From Candidatus Latescibacterota bacterium (lineage in GTDB: Bacteria; Latescibacterota; UBA2968; UBA8231), in the NCBI GenBank assembly GCA_965203175.1, contig OZ241867.1, forward strand, positions 1,824,001 to 1,888,000: 64,000 nucleotides of DNA, given 5' to 3'. Shown piece after piece: positions 9,469 through 19,669 of this stretch. Made by a program: the position numbers and the translations under genes. Numbering within the stretch: the first letter of the stretch is position 1; each line of letters starts with the position of its first letter. The notes below the pieces were generated by a model. It saw nothing but the letters and a program-made list of their open reading frames with translations. It had not been told where the DNA came from and searched no databases.

Positions 9469-11088
9469 CTATTTGTTCTCTCCGTCCTCTATCGCCTCAA
9501 TGTCAAAAGCCGCCGCGATCAACGCCCGCGTGTAGGTTTCTTGTGGCGCGGCAAAAACCTCCTGCGTCGGTCCCTGCTCAACTACCAACCCCTCCTTCAT
9601 CACAATCAGTTCGCTCGCCAAGGCGCGGACCACCTTCAAATCGTGACTGATGAACAAATAGGCTAGGCCGTGCCGCTCTTGCAGTTGCAGCAGCAGCTCG
9701 ACGATTTGGGCCTGCACTGTTTTGTCTAAGGCGCTAGTCGGTTCGTCGAGGACCACAAAGCGCGGCTTGAGGGCCATGGCGCGGGCGATGGCGATGCGCT
9801 GGCGTTGGCCGCCGGAGAACTCGTGTGGGTAGCGGTCCATGGTCAACGGGTCTAGGTTGACTTCGGCCATAGTCTCGGCTACTAGCTGCCGACGCTGGTG
9901 GTAGTCACCGCCAATCGCGTGAATCAGCAGGCCCTCCTCGATAATCTGAAAAGCCGACAGCCGCGGACTCAGCGAGGCGAAGGGATCCTGGAAGACGATC
10001 TGCATCTGCCGGCGCAGCGGGCGGATTTGCTTTTGCTGCCAGCCTTGGATATCGCGGTTGTCGAATTCGATGGGGCCTTCGCTGGCCACCAGACGCAAGA
10101 GTGCTTGGCCCAAGGTGGTCTTGCCCGAACCGGATTCGCCGACGATGCCGACAGTCTGCCCCGCGCGGATATTGAGCGAAATTCCATCGACTGCTTTTAC
10201 ATAGCCCACAGTGCGGCGCAGCAGACCGCGCTTGATGGGAAAGTGGACCTTGAGGTTGTGGGTGCGGATGACTTCGGGCGCGGTCTCGTCGATCGGAGCC
10301 GGTTCGCCCTGGGGCTCGGCGGCTAGGAGCGTGCGGGTATAGGGGTGTTGCGGAGCGGTGAAGAGAGACTCGGTGGTATTGTGTTCGACGATCTCGCCGT
10401 CGCTCATCACATAGACGCGATCGGCCATGTGGCGGACGATGCCCAGATCGTGGGTGATTAGCAGAATCGCCATGCCTAACCGGGCTTGCAGATCCTTGAG
10501 CAGGGCGAGGATCTGCGCCTGAATGGTCACATCGAGCGCCGTAGTCGGCTCGTCGGCGATGAGCAGGTCTGGCTCGTTGGCCAAGGCCATGGCAATCATC
10601 ACCCGCTGGCGCTGACCGCCCGAAAGCTGGTGCGGCCAAGCGTCTAAGCGCTCCTCCACATCGGGGAGGCCGACCAACCCAAGAAGCTCCATAGCCCGAT
10701 CGCGCGCTTCCACGCGGCTCAGGCCCCGATGCAGGATGAGCGTTTCGCACAGTTGCTTTTCGATGGAGTGCAGCGGGTTGAGCGAGGTCATCGGCTCTTG
10801 GAAAACCATCGCCACGCGATTTCCGCGCAGTGCCTGCAACTGCGCTGATGCAGCCCCCAACAGTTCCTCGCCATTGAGGCGGACGCTGCCTTGGGGATGG
10901 CTGGCGCGCGGGTAGGGCAACAGTTGCAGCACCGAGAGCGCGGTCACCGACTTGCCCGAGCCGGATTCGCCGACCAGCGCCACGGTCTCGCCGCGTTCGA
11001 TGCTGAGCGAAGCACTGCGCACGGCCTCGACATCTTCTCCCTCGACGTGGAAGCGCACGCCCAAGTCTTCGATGGTCAGCAAGCTCAT
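9469..11088 (-). CDS. yejF: Peptide ABC transporter double-ATPase subunit, YejF-like
   Basis: Two Walker A motifs ([16 protein letters not shown]), [16 protein letters not shown] signatures, DEPT Walker B. Confidence 0.9.
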   Translation of the reverse strand: MSLLTIEDLGVRFHVEGEDVEAVRSASLSIERGETVALVGESGSGKSVTALSVLQLLPYPRASHPQGSVRLNGEELLGAASAQLQALRGNRVAMVFQEPMTSLNPLHSIEKQLCETLILHRGLSRVEARDRAMELLGLVGLPDVEERLDAWPHQLSGGQRQRVMIAMALANEPDLLIADEPTTALDVTIQAQILALLKDLQARLGMAILLITHDLGIVRHMADRVYVMSDGEIVEHNTTESLFTAPQHPYTRTLLAAEPQGEPAPIDETAPEVIRTHNLKVHFPIKRGLLRRTVGYVKAVDGISLNIRAGQTVGIVGESGSGKTTLGQALLRLVASEGPIEFDNRDIQGWQQKQIRPLRRQMQIVFQDPFASLSPRLSAFQIIEEGLLIHAIGGDYHQRRQLVAETMAEVNLDPLTMDRYPHEFSGGQRQRIAIARAMALKPRFVVLDEPTSALDKTVQAQIVELLLQLQERHGLAYLFISHDLKVVRALASELIVMKEGLVVEQGPTQEVFAAPQETYTRALIAAAFDIEAIEDGENK

Positions 11089-12173
11089 GCGCCGTCCTCC
11101 CCAGCGTAGGTCTTGCGCGGATCAAACGCGTCGCGCACCGCCTCGCCGATAAAGACCAACAGCGACAGCATCACCGCCAGCGCTAAAAAAGCCGTAAAAC
11201 CCAGCCACGGCGCTTGCAAGTTGCGCTTGCCTTGATTGAGCAGTTCGCCCAGCGACGGCGAGCCGGGCGGCAGGCCAAAGCCGAGGAAGTCGAGCGAGGT
11301 CAGCACCGCCACCGAGCCGGTAAGCACAAAGGGCAAAAAGGTCAGGGTCGAGACCATGGCGTTGGGCAGCACGTGTCGCCACATGATGCGGCGGTTGCTC
11401 TGGCCGAGGGCGCGGGCCGCTTTGACGAAGTCGAAGTTGCGCGCGCGCAAAAATTCGGCGCGGACAACCCCGACCAAACCCATCCAGCGAAATAGCAGCA
11501 ACAAGCCAAGGAGCCACCAGAAATTCGGCTCCACCACGCTGGCGAGGATGATCAGCAAGTAGAGTAGCGGCAAGCCCTGCCAGATCTCGATAAAGCGTTG
11601 AAAGAGCAAGTCCACCCAGCCGCCGAAATACCCCTGCACCGCGCCTGCGGCAATGCCGACCGCAGCGCTGAACAGCGTCAGCAGTAGGCCGAAGAGCACT
11701 GAGATGCGGTAGCCGTAGATCACGCGCGCCACCACGTCGCGCGCTTGGTCGTCCGTGCCGAGCCAGTTTTCAGCGTCGGGCGGGGAAGGTGCCGGCTGCT
11801 TGAGGTCGTAGTTGACCGTGTCGTAGCTATAGGACACCAGCGGCCACAAGATCCAGCCCTTTCCCTCGATTAGTTCCACGACGAAGGGGTCGCGGTATTC
11901 GGCTTCGGTCGCAAAATCGCCGCCAAAGGTCGTTTCGGGATACGTCGCGAGGACCGGGAAGTAGTAGCTGCCGTCGAACCGGACGACTAGCGGACGGTCG
12001 TTGGCAATGAACTCAGCCGGCAGGCTCAGGGCGAAGAGGCCCCAGAAGACCCAGAAACTCCAAAAGCCGCGGCGATTGCGGCGAAAATTGGCCAGCCGCC
12101 GTTGATTGAGCCGCGACAACTGCAAGCCGAAAAAGCGCGTCGGAGGGGGCGGTGGGGCGGATACAGCGCTCAT
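11085..12173 (-). CDS. yejE: Peptide ABC transporter permease, YejE-like
   Basis: [40 protein letters not shown]. Confidence 0.9.
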   Translation of the reverse strand: MSAVSAPPPPPTRFFGLQLSRLNQRRLANFRRNRRGFWSFWVFWGLFALSLPAEFIANDRPLVVRFDGSYYFPVLATYPETTFGGDFATEAEYRDPFVVELIEGKGWILWPLVSYSYDTVNYDLKQPAPSPPDAENWLGTDDQARDVVARVIYGYRISVLFGLLLTLFSAAVGIAAGAVQGYFGGWVDLLFQRFIEIWQGLPLLYLLIILASVVEPNFWWLLGLLLLFRWMGLVGVVRAEFLRARNFDFVKAARALGQSNRRIMWRHVLPNAMVSTLTFLPFVLTGSVAVLTSLDFLGFGLPPGSPSLGELLNQGKRNLQAPWLGFTAFLALAVMLSLLVFIGEAVRDAFDPRKTYAGEDGA

Positions 12174-13273
12174 GACTCGCGGCTTTCAAAGTCGATGCGG
12201 CGATCGACCAGCGTATAGGTCAAATCGCCCACCAACTGCATCAACAGGCCCAGCAACGTGAAGAAATACAGCGTGGCAAACATCACCGGGTAATCGCGGC
12301 CAATCGCCGCCTCGTAGCCCAACAAGCCCAACCCATCCAATGAGAAGATGATTTCCGTCAGCAGCGCACCGGTGAAGAAGATATCGACAAAAGCACTGGG
12401 GAAACCGGCAATGACGATCAACATGGCGTTGCGGAAGACGTGGCCGTAGAGCACCCGGTTTTCGCTCAGGCCCTTGGCGCGGGCGGTGGTGACGTAGAGC
12501 TTGTTGATCTCGTCGAGGAAGGAGTTTTTGGTCAGCAAGGTCAGCCCGGCAAAACCGCCGATGACCATCGCCGCAACCGGCAGCGCTAAGTGCCAAAAGT
12601 AGTCGGCGATCTTGGCAAAGAGGCTCAGTTCATCCCAATTAGACGAGGTCAGGCCGCGCAGCGGAAACCAGTCGAGATAATGCCCACCGGCAAAGACCAC
12701 GATCAGCAGGATGGCAAAGAGGAAGCTGGGGATGGCGTAGCCGACGATGACCAGCCCCGAGGTCCAGACGTCGAACCGCGAGCCATCGCGCACGGCCTTG
12801 GCGATCCCCAAGGGAATGGAAATGAAATAGACCAGCAGCGTGGTCCACAGCCCCAGCGAAATCGACACCGGCATCTTCTCCTTGACCAAATCGACGACCC
12901 TTTGGTCGCGGTAAAAGCTCTCGCCAAAGTCGAAGCGCACGTACTGGCCGATCATCTGCAAGAAGCGCTCGTGTACCGGCTTGTCGAAGCCGTACATGCG
13001 TTCGAGCTCGGCGATCAGTTCGGGGTCGAGCCCTTGGGCACCGCGGTATTTGCTGCTGATCTCGCCGCCCGGCGTCGCCTCGGTGTCGAGGGTCTCGCCC
13101 ATGCCCGAGCCGCTGACCCGCTCGGTGGCGTCCGTGCCAAAGCCCTGAATCACCGCGATAGTGCGCTCGACCGGGCCGCCCGGTGCCGCTTGGATGATGA
13201 TGAAGTTGATGGTCATGATGCCGAAGAGCGTCGGCACCATCAACAGCAGGCGGCGGAGGATGTAAGCGCCCAT
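12170..13273 (-). CDS. yejB: Peptide ABC transporter permease, YejB-like
   Basis: [41 protein letters not shown]. Confidence 0.92.
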   Translation of the reverse strand: MGAYILRRLLLMVPTLFGIMTINFIIIQAAPGGPVERTIAVIQGFGTDATERVSGSGMGETLDTEATPGGEISSKYRGAQGLDPELIAELERMYGFDKPVHERFLQMIGQYVRFDFGESFYRDQRVVDLVKEKMPVSISLGLWTTLLVYFISIPLGIAKAVRDGSRFDVWTSGLVIVGYAIPSFLFAILLIVVFAGGHYLDWFPLRGLTSSNWDELSLFAKIADYFWHLALPVAAMVIGGFAGLTLLTKNSFLDEINKLYVTTARAKGLSENRVLYGHVFRNAMLIVIAGFPSAFVDIFFTGALLTEIIFSLDGLGLLGYEAAIGRDYPVMFATLYFFTLLGLLMQLVGDLTYTLVDRRIDFESRES

Positions 13274-13282
13274 AAAATTGGG

Positions 13283-15103
13283 CTAACGGCCCTGCTCCAG
13301 CCGCGCCGCCTTCTCTGCGTCGTACCACCAAGTGTAGGGCATGACGAAGTAGTCGCCGGTGTAGGGGGCGGACAAGGCGGGTTTGCCGAATTTGTCCCAG
13401 TGGACCACGCGGAAATTGTCGCTGTACCAGTGCGGGATGGTGTAGTGCCCCCACAGCAATACCCGGTCCAGCGCCCGAGTCGTCGCTACCAGTTCGGCGC
13501 GGCTAGGAGCCTGAATCAGTCGTTCGACCAACTCATCGACGACCGGGTCTTTAATACCGGCAACGTTGTCGCTGCCCGGCTCGTCCGCGACGGCGCTGGT
13601 CCAGTAGTTGCGCTGCTCATTGCCGGGACTGTGGCTCTGACCCCGAACCAGTGAGATGATATCGTAATCAAATGCCTGGACCCTGTTTTGATACTGGGTC
13701 CGATCGACAGTGCGGATCGTCGCTTTGACGCCGAGGCGTTCGAGGTTGGGGATCATCGGCGCGACAATGCGTTCCCACGACGAGCTGGAGAGCAAAAATT
13801 CGATTTCCATGACCTCGCCGGTCTCGGCGTGGGTCAGGACATCATCGGCAACAACCCAACCTGCTGCTTGCAACAACCTTTTGGCGCGGCGCAGGTTTTG
13901 ACGGAGCTGACCTGAACCGTCGGTGGTGGGTAGCTGAAACTCAGTGGTAAAAAGTTTGTTGGGAATGCGGCCTCGGTACTCCTCCAAAATTTCCAACTCC
14001 CGGCCCGAGGGCAGCCCCGCAGAGGCCAATTCCGAATTGGCGAAGTAGCTGTTGCTGCGGGTGTAGAGGCCGTAGAACAGATTCTTTTTGGTCCACTCGA
14101 AGTCAAAGGCATAGCCGAGGGCTTGCCGCACCCGAGGATCGGAAAACTTGGCGCGGCGCGTGTTGAACCAGAAAGCCTGCATACCAGCGGCGCGCTGATG
14201 GGGCAGTGGGTCCTTGACTAGCCTGCCAGCGGCCACGGCTTCTCCCTCGTAAGCCGTTGACCAGTCCTTGGACGAGTTTTCGCGGCGGTAGTCAAATTCT
14301 CCGGCCTTAAGTGCCTCGATGGCCACGGTCTGGTCGCGGTAGTAGTCGAAGTGGATGCGGTCGAAGTTGAAGCGGCCCTTGTTGACGGGCAGGTCGCGGC
14401 CCCAGTAGTCTGCAACGCGCTCGTAGGTGATCGAGCGCCCGGCCTCGACCGCGGCGATTCGGTAGGGACCACTACCCAGTGGCGGGTCGAGCGTGGTTTC
14501 CTCAAAGTTGCGGCCCTCCCAGTAGTGTTTGGGTAGAATGGGCATCTGGCCGGAGATTAGCGGCAGTTCTTTGTTAGTCTCTCCGCTGAAGATCAACCGG
14601 ACCTGGTGCGTCCCAACCTTTTCGGCTGTCTCGATGGCCGCAAAGTAGTTGCGCAAGCCGGGATTCCCCTTGGTCTTATAAGTCTCCAGAGAGAAAATCA
14701 CGTCCTCGGGGGTTATCGGCCTGCCGTCGTGCCAGCGCGCCTCCGACCGCAAGGTATAAAGAACCCAGGAATTGTCGGGAGGAACTTCGATGCACTCGAC
14801 GAGGCAGCCGTATCCGACGGCGATTTCGTCTTCGGCGCTTTCAGTGAGGGTGTCGTAGATCAAGCTACCCAGACCCGGCGGTTCAAGACCCTTGAGGATA
14901 TGGGGATTAAGGTTGTCAAAGGTGCCAATCCAACCTAAGCGCAGCGTACCGCCCTTCGGGGCGTCGGGATTGACATATTCAAAATGGGTAAAGTCTGGGC
15001 CGTATTTGAGTTCGCCGTAGAGGGAGATGCCGTGACCGACGTAGTTGTCGGCACGGACGGGAAGCGCTGTCAGGATGGCGATTAAGAAAAGTGCGATGTG
15101 CAT
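13283..15103 (-). CDS. yejA: Peptide ABC transporter substrate-binding protein, YejA-like (copy 2)
   Basis: KYGPDFTHFEYVNPDAPKGG, PPLGSGPY, FNTRR, SPGNEQRNYW; signal peptide from MHIAL at 15103. Confidence 0.88.
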   Translation of the reverse strand: MHIALFLIAILTALPVRADNYVGHGISLYGELKYGPDFTHFEYVNPDAPKGGTLRLGWIGTFDNLNPHILKGLEPPGLGSLIYDTLTESAEDEIAVGYGCLVECIEVPPDNSWVLYTLRSEARWHDGRPITPEDVIFSLETYKTKGNPGLRNYFAAIETAEKVGTHQVRLIFSGETNKELPLISGQMPILPKHYWEGRNFEETTLDPPLGSGPYRIAAVEAGRSITYERVADYWGRDLPVNKGRFNFDRIHFDYYRDQTVAIEALKAGEFDYRRENSSKDWSTAYEGEAVAAGRLVKDPLPHQRAAGMQAFWFNTRRAKFSDPRVRQALGYAFDFEWTKKNLFYGLYTRSNSYFANSELASAGLPSGRELEILEEYRGRIPNKLFTTEFQLPTTDGSGQLRQNLRRAKRLLQAAGWVVADDVLTHAETGEVMEIEFLLSSSSWERIVAPMIPNLERLGVKATIRTVDRTQYQNRVQAFDYDIISLVRGQSHSPGNEQRNYWTSAVADEPGSDNVAGIKDPVVDELVERLIQAPSRAELVATTRALDRVLLWGHYTIPHWYSDNFRVVHWDKFGKPALSAPYTGDYFVMPYTWWYDAEKAARLEQGR

Positions 15104-15150
15104 AGTCAACTTTCTGTCAATGGACGATTCAAGCGCGACATTCACGACAT

Positions 15151-16971
15151 TCATTTGGATTCTAACCGCGCCGCTTTTTCCGCGTCCCACCACCAAGTGT
15201 CGGGAAAGCCCAGCCCATTGGGAGCGGGCTTTGGCATCCGCCCGAACTTGTTCCAGTAGGCCAAGCGATAGGAGCGGCTGTGCGAGTCGGGGATCACGTA
15301 GTGGTTCCAGAGCAAGATGCGGTCGAGGGCGTGGGTTATCGCGACTTGGGTTGGACGGTCGGGGGCAGCGATCTGGCGCTCGATCAGCTCGTCGATGACC
15401 GGATCGGCAATGCCGACGTAATTGCGGCTGCCCGCAGAGCGCGCCGCCGTACTCGACCAGAAGTTGCGCTGCTCATTGCCTGGGCTCAAGGTCTGGCGCC
15501 ACGAGGTAACGATGATGTCGAAATCGAAATCCTGGACGCGGTTTTGGTACTGGGCCGCGTCAACCGTGCGAATGGTCGCCTCAACGCCGAGGCGTTCTAG
15601 GTTTTGCACGAGGGGGCTGAGGACGCGCTCGTACGACGAGGACCCGAGCAAGAATTCAAAGCGCATGACCTCGCCGGTCTCAGCGTGAGTCAGCTTCCCA
15701 TCGACCACGGTCCAGCCAGCCTCGGTGAGCAATTTCTTCGCCGTGCGCAGGTTTTGGCGAAGCTGTCCTGAGCCGTTAGTAGCCGGCGGCGCGTAGGCAG
15801 TGGTAAACACCTCGTCCGGTATCCGCCCCCGGTACGCCTGCAAAATTTCCAACTCCTGTCCCATGGGAAGCCCCGACGACCCAAGGTCCGAGTTGCCCCA
15901 ATAGCTGTTGCTGCGAGTGAGAAGGCCATAGAACAGATTCTTATTAGTCCATTCAAAGTCGTACGCATAGGCGAGCGCTTGCCGCACCTTGGGATCTTTG
16001 AACTTGTCGCGCCGGGTGTTAAACGCAAAACCCGACATGCCGCGGATGAGTTGGTGCGGGATCTGCACCTTGATCATCCGCCCTTTGGCGATCGGCGTAA
16101 AGTCTTCATAGTCAGTGGCCCATTCCTTGGAATCGCTCAACAGGCGATAATCGTACTCCCCCGTCTTAAAGGCTTCGATGGCCACGGTCTGGTCGCGGTA
16201 GTACTCGTAGCGGATGCGGTCGAAGTTGTGGCGACCCTTGTGTACGGGCAGGTCGCGCGCCCAGTAGTCTGCGACGCGCTCGTAGGTAATCGAGCGGCCC
16301 GGCTCGAACTCGGCGATCTTGTACGGGCCGCTACCCAAAGGCGGCTCAAGCGTGGTGGCGGCGAATTCGCGTCCCTCCCAATAGTGCTTGGGCAATACGC
16401 GCAACTGGCCGATGATCAGTGGCATTTCGCGGTTGGTGCCCTCTTTGAACTCGAACTTCACCTGGCGTTCGTCGAGGGCGAAGACTGTGTCAACATCGGC
16501 GTAAAAAGTGCGAAAGAACGGGATGCCCTTGGTGGTGAGGATTTTGAAGCTGAAGATCACATCGGCCGCGGTTACGGGGACGCCATCGTGCCAGCGCGCT
16601 GCGGGATGGAGTTCGAAGATGATCCAAGAGCGATCCTCCGGCATCTGCATCTGCGCCGCGAGCTGGCCGTATTCGGTGAACGGCTCGTCCTTGGACTTGG
16701 TGCAGAGCCGGTTGTAGAGCATCAGCGAGCCGTAGGCGGCAACGCCCTTGAGAGTAAAGGGGTTGAGGTTGTCGTACGTGCCGATGGCGGCGAGGCGGAT
16801 TTCGCCGCCTTTGGGGGCGTCGGGATTGACGTAGTCGAAGTGGGTAAAATCAGGCCCGTACTTGGGGTCGCCGTAGAGCGTGAAGGCGTGGGCGCGGAGA
16901 ACGGTACTGTCCGCGGCATGGGCCACCGAGGCGAGGATAAAGCAGAAAACTAGTGAGCGCATAGTCTGCAT
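15151..16971 (-). CDS. yejA: Peptide ABC transporter substrate-binding protein, YejA-like (copy 1)
   Basis: Same motifs as 13283-15103; alternative start MRSLV at 16962. Confidence 0.88.
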   Translation of the reverse strand: MQTMRSLVFCFILASVAHAADSTVLRAHAFTLYGDPKYGPDFTHFDYVNPDAPKGGEIRLAAIGTYDNLNPFTLKGVAAYGSLMLYNRLCTKSKDEPFTEYGQLAAQMQMPEDRSWIIFELHPAARWHDGVPVTAADVIFSFKILTTKGIPFFRTFYADVDTVFALDERQVKFEFKEGTNREMPLIIGQLRVLPKHYWEGREFAATTLEPPLGSGPYKIAEFEPGRSITYERVADYWARDLPVHKGRHNFDRIRYEYYRDQTVAIEAFKTGEYDYRLLSDSKEWATDYEDFTPIAKGRMIKVQIPHQLIRGMSGFAFNTRRDKFKDPKVRQALAYAYDFEWTNKNLFYGLLTRSNSYWGNSDLGSSGLPMGQELEILQAYRGRIPDEVFTTAYAPPATNGSGQLRQNLRTAKKLLTEAGWTVVDGKLTHAETGEVMRFEFLLGSSSYERVLSPLVQNLERLGVEATIRTVDAAQYQNRVQDFDFDIIVTSWRQTLSPGNEQRNFWSSTAARSAGSRNYVGIADPVIDELIERQIAAPDRPTQVAITHALDRILLWNHYVIPDSHSRSYRLAYWNKFGRMPKPAPNGLGFPDTWWWDAEKAARLESK

Positions 16972-16996
16972 GAGAATCGTCGTTTAATGTGAGGGT

Positions 16997-17031
16997 GATA
17001 AAACGGAAAATTAGTGCGTACATAGACTACA
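16997..17031 (+). repeat. Degenerate copy of the yejA 5' end (16936-16970)
   Basis: gataaaacggaaaattagtgcgtacatagactaca vs gataaagcagaaaactagtgagcgcatagtctgca, 27/35 identical, ungapped. Confidence 0.7.
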
Positions 17032-17134
17032 AAATTAACCTGAAAACGCATTTACGGCCACCGACGCGGTTGGCCGCAGCTCGGCTCTGTTCTATCTTGG
17101 CGACCTATAATTTGCTACGCGAGGAGGACTGCCG

Positions 17135-17932
17135 ATGCTGACGCCCAAACAAAAAGAACACTTTGACGTCTTTGGCTTTCTCTGCCTGCGCCAGGCGTTT
17201 TCCCCGGACGAGATGGCCGAGATTACCCAAGCCGCCGACCAAGTGTGGCACGAGGACCGAGGCGGCCAACCCGACGACGGCCAGCACCAGGGCCTAGCGC
17301 CTTTTGCCGAGCTAAATCCCCGGCTTTTGGACCTAGCCGAGGACGACCGCATTTTCGAGGTAGTCGCCGACCTCTTAGGAGACGATTTCCTGTGGTCGGG
17401 ATCGGAGGGCAACAAGGAGGGGCGTACCGAGAAAGGGGAGCACAACTGGCATGCGGATCGGCCAGGGGCCGCAGAGACCGAGTATCACCGGCTCAAGGTG
17501 ATGATCTACCTGACGCCCACCACCAAAGAGCAGGGTGCCCTGCGGGTGATCCCCGGTTCGCACCGCATGCCCTTCCACGAGTGGCTCTGGCCCTTACAGT
17601 CCCACCACTTCAAGGACGGCACAATCGGCGACAGCTTTGGGGCGCGAGGCGAGGACATCCCTTCCTGCGCGGTGGAGACGACGCCCGGCGACGTGGTCTT
17701 TTTCCACCACAGCCTCTTTCACGCGGCCTACGGCAAGTTCCCCGAGCGGCGCTACGTTGCCTTCAAGTTCGTCACCCGGCCCGACACCGAGGCCAAGCTG
17801 CGGTCCATGCAGCACTACGCATCCTACGCCTTTGACGTCAATCCAGCGCTCTTAGCAAGGCCCCGACTGCGGTCCATTGCAGAGGACATGATCGCCTTGG
17901 GCGAACAGGCGCGGGCTTTAACAGGCCAATAA
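17135..17932 (+). CDS. Phytanoyl-CoA dioxygenase (PhyH) family 2OG-Fe(II) oxygenase
   Basis: MLTPKQKEHFDVFGF start, WHAD, GALRVIPGSH, PGDVVFFHHSLFHA; GAGGAGG RBS. Confidence 0.88.
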   Translation: MLTPKQKEHFDVFGFLCLRQAFSPDEMAEITQAADQVWHEDRGGQPDDGQHQGLAPFAELNPRLLDLAEDDRIFEVVADLLGDDFLWSGSEGNKEGRTEKGEHNWHADRPGAAETEYHRLKVMIYLTPTTKEQGALRVIPGSHRMPFHEWLWPLQSHHFKDGTIGDSFGARGEDIPSCAVETTPGDVVFFHHSLFHAAYGKFPERRYVAFKFVTRPDTEAKLRSMQHYASYAFDVNPALLARPRLRSIAEDMIALGEQARALTGQ

Positions 17933-17939
17933 GAGAATT

Positions 17940-18452
17940 TTAATCGTGCTCGCCGCCTGTTTCACCCTCAGATCCGCTGTGCTCGCCGCCTGCTCCATCC
18001 TCAGATCCGCTGTGTTCACTCACTCCCACCTCTGCATGAGGAGTCCAAGCGTCAAAATTCTCGCTGGTTGCCTCTAACCTGACTTCTCGTTTCACGGCAG
18101 GACCAAGGTCAACAGGAGTCGTCGGACCGAGTTCCACGCCATTGGACAGGTGAACTTCAACCCGCACTTCTTGCAAGGTCTCGTCGGTGATGTTTTCCAC
18201 AGTGCCATTGAAAGAATTGTCTTCTGCATTGTAAGCCATCACCAGCCGGACGCCGTTTCTGGTCGTATCGTACGTCTCATTCAGTGAAAGGGCGGTCCCG
18301 GATTCTTCTCCGGTCTCGCCCCCATTTTCGCCACCCTCGCGAGCGTGTTCGTCTCTGCTTGCGCTCAGGACTTCCTCGGTTGGTGCTTCACTTGAACATC
18401 CAACAATTGCGACGCAAAAAATGACGGCCATCGCACCGAGAATACGGTTCAT
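17940..18452 (-). CDS. Lipoprotein of unknown function with acidic Gly/Glu/His-rich termini
   Basis: Lipobox IVGC; C-terminal EHSGSEDGAGG-EHSGSEGETGG-EHD. Confidence 0.7.
   Translation of the reverse strand: MNRILGAMAVIFCVAIVGCSSEAPTEEVLSASRDEHAREGGENGGETGEESGTALSLNETYDTTRNGVRLVMAYNAEDNSFNGTVENITDETLQEVRVEVHLSNGVELGPTTPVDLGPAVKREVRLEATSENFDAWTPHAEVGVSEHSGSEDGAGGEHSGSEGETGGEHD
17946..18011 (+). repeat. Two 33-bp tandem repeats (11-aa His/Glu/Gly unit)
   Basis: gtgctcgccgcctgtttcaccctcagatccgct / gtgctcgccgcctgctccatcctcagatccgct. Confidence 0.9.
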
Positions 18453-18538
18453 TGCTTTCTCCCTTTTTGGCGGTCTCGCGGCCCCGCGTAGGGTGCGCTA
18501 ACTGAGCGGTTTGTGCCGTCTAAAAGCGAATTGCGTTC

Positions 18539-19621
18539 CTATACCGACGGCAATTGCGGCACGACTCGGTTGGCGAGTAAGTCCATTGAGCGCTTCCACA
18601 GCGGCCGGTCGTCCCAGTCGTGGGCGATCATCAGCAGCGTGTCAAAGCCCCCGGTCGTATCCCACAAGCCCTGTAGCTGATCTACGCACGACTGCACGTC
18701 GCCTATTATGCACAGGTTCCTGATCAGATACTCGGGCGTGACTTCCTCGTCGGGAACGTCCGGGTCGTGCTTCGTAATGTGGAGCATTTCGGCACCGCTG
18801 AGTACGGCGATCAGATATTCATAGGAACGGCAGAAAGCGCTCTTTTCGTCGAGGGCGTAATCCCAAGCGCGCGCTTCGTCATCGGCGACGAGGATGCTGC
18901 GCGAGATGCGCCAGCGGGTGCGCTCGGGCGCGGGCAGACCGGCCTCGGTGGCCCCGGCGCTGTAGGTCTGCCAGTGCTGGGTCAAGATCGAAGGAGCGAC
19001 GAGATTGGTGCTGATGGGCAGATAGCCCCGCTGGCCGGCCATGGTCGCGGCCATGGAGCCGCTTCTTATCACGCTCATGCCAATGGGCGGGTGCGGCTGC
19101 TGGTAGGGCTTGAGCAGTTCGCCGATGCCGAGTTCGGGGTCCGCCTCTTCAATTTTGATGCGGTAGAAATCCCCTGCAAAGTCAAAAGGGGCGTCCGCCT
19201 GCCAGAGCTTGAGGACCATGTCGATGCTCTCGACGGTCATCAGCCCTTGCGTCTTGGGATCGGGCAGGTCAAAAAGGCCCCAGTCGGTAGCGACGCCGCC
19301 TTGGCCGAAACCGCAGTTGAAGCGGCCCTTGGACAGGTGATCGAGATAGGCCAGTCGCACCGCGACATTGACCGGGTGGTGCTGCGGCATGATGGAGACA
19401 CCCGTGCCCAAACGGATATTTTGCGTCAGGGGCAGGACGTGGGCGATGAAGAGGTCGTTGGACGGAATCGGCTCCCAAGCGACGGTGTGGTGCTGGCCGA
19501 CCCAAGCCTCGGTGAAGCCGAGCTGATCGGCGCGGACGACGAACTCGACGTCCTCGGCAAAGCATTCGGTGCGGTCTTTTTCCGGGGGGTGCAAGGGCAT
19601 CATAAAGGTGCCGAGTTTCAT
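18539..19621 (-). CDS. Luciferase-like (LLM) flavin-dependent monooxygenase
   Basis: MKLGTFMMPLHP, ADQLGFTEAWVGQHH, IRLGTGV, LDHLSKGRF, KPYQQPHPPI. Confidence 0.9.
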   Translation of the reverse strand: MKLGTFMMPLHPPEKDRTECFAEDVEFVVRADQLGFTEAWVGQHHTVAWEPIPSNDLFIAHVLPLTQNIRLGTGVSIMPQHHPVNVAVRLAYLDHLSKGRFNCGFGQGGVATDWGLFDLPDPKTQGLMTVESIDMVLKLWQADAPFDFAGDFYRIKIEEADPELGIGELLKPYQQPHPPIGMSVIRSGSMAATMAGQRGYLPISTNLVAPSILTQHWQTYSAGATEAGLPAPERTRWRISRSILVADDEARAWDYALDEKSAFCRSYEYLIAVLSGAEMLHITKHDPDVPDEEVTPEYLIRNLCIIGDVQSCVDQLQGLWDTTGGFDTLLMIAHDWDDRPLWKRSMDLLANRVVPQLPSV

Positions 19622-19669
19622 GGTACTCCTCCTCTACGGGCGATGTAGGTACGCAGTGTTTTTTCTAAC

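Noticed and set aside
15117-15170. Possible decayed copy of the yejA 3' end in the inter-yejA spacer
   Set aside because: Needs gaps and has low identity; cannot be told from chance by eye
15979-16953. Long antisense or alternative-frame ORFs (also 9905-11125, 12590-13654, 18767-19648, 20033-21028, 36916-37752)
   Set aside because: They shadow well-supported genes, as expected in GC-rich DNA, and carry no recognisable motifs
18470-18500. GTAG-type REP-like fragment (cgcgtagggtgcgc)
   Set aside because: Single partial copy with no clear hairpin partner
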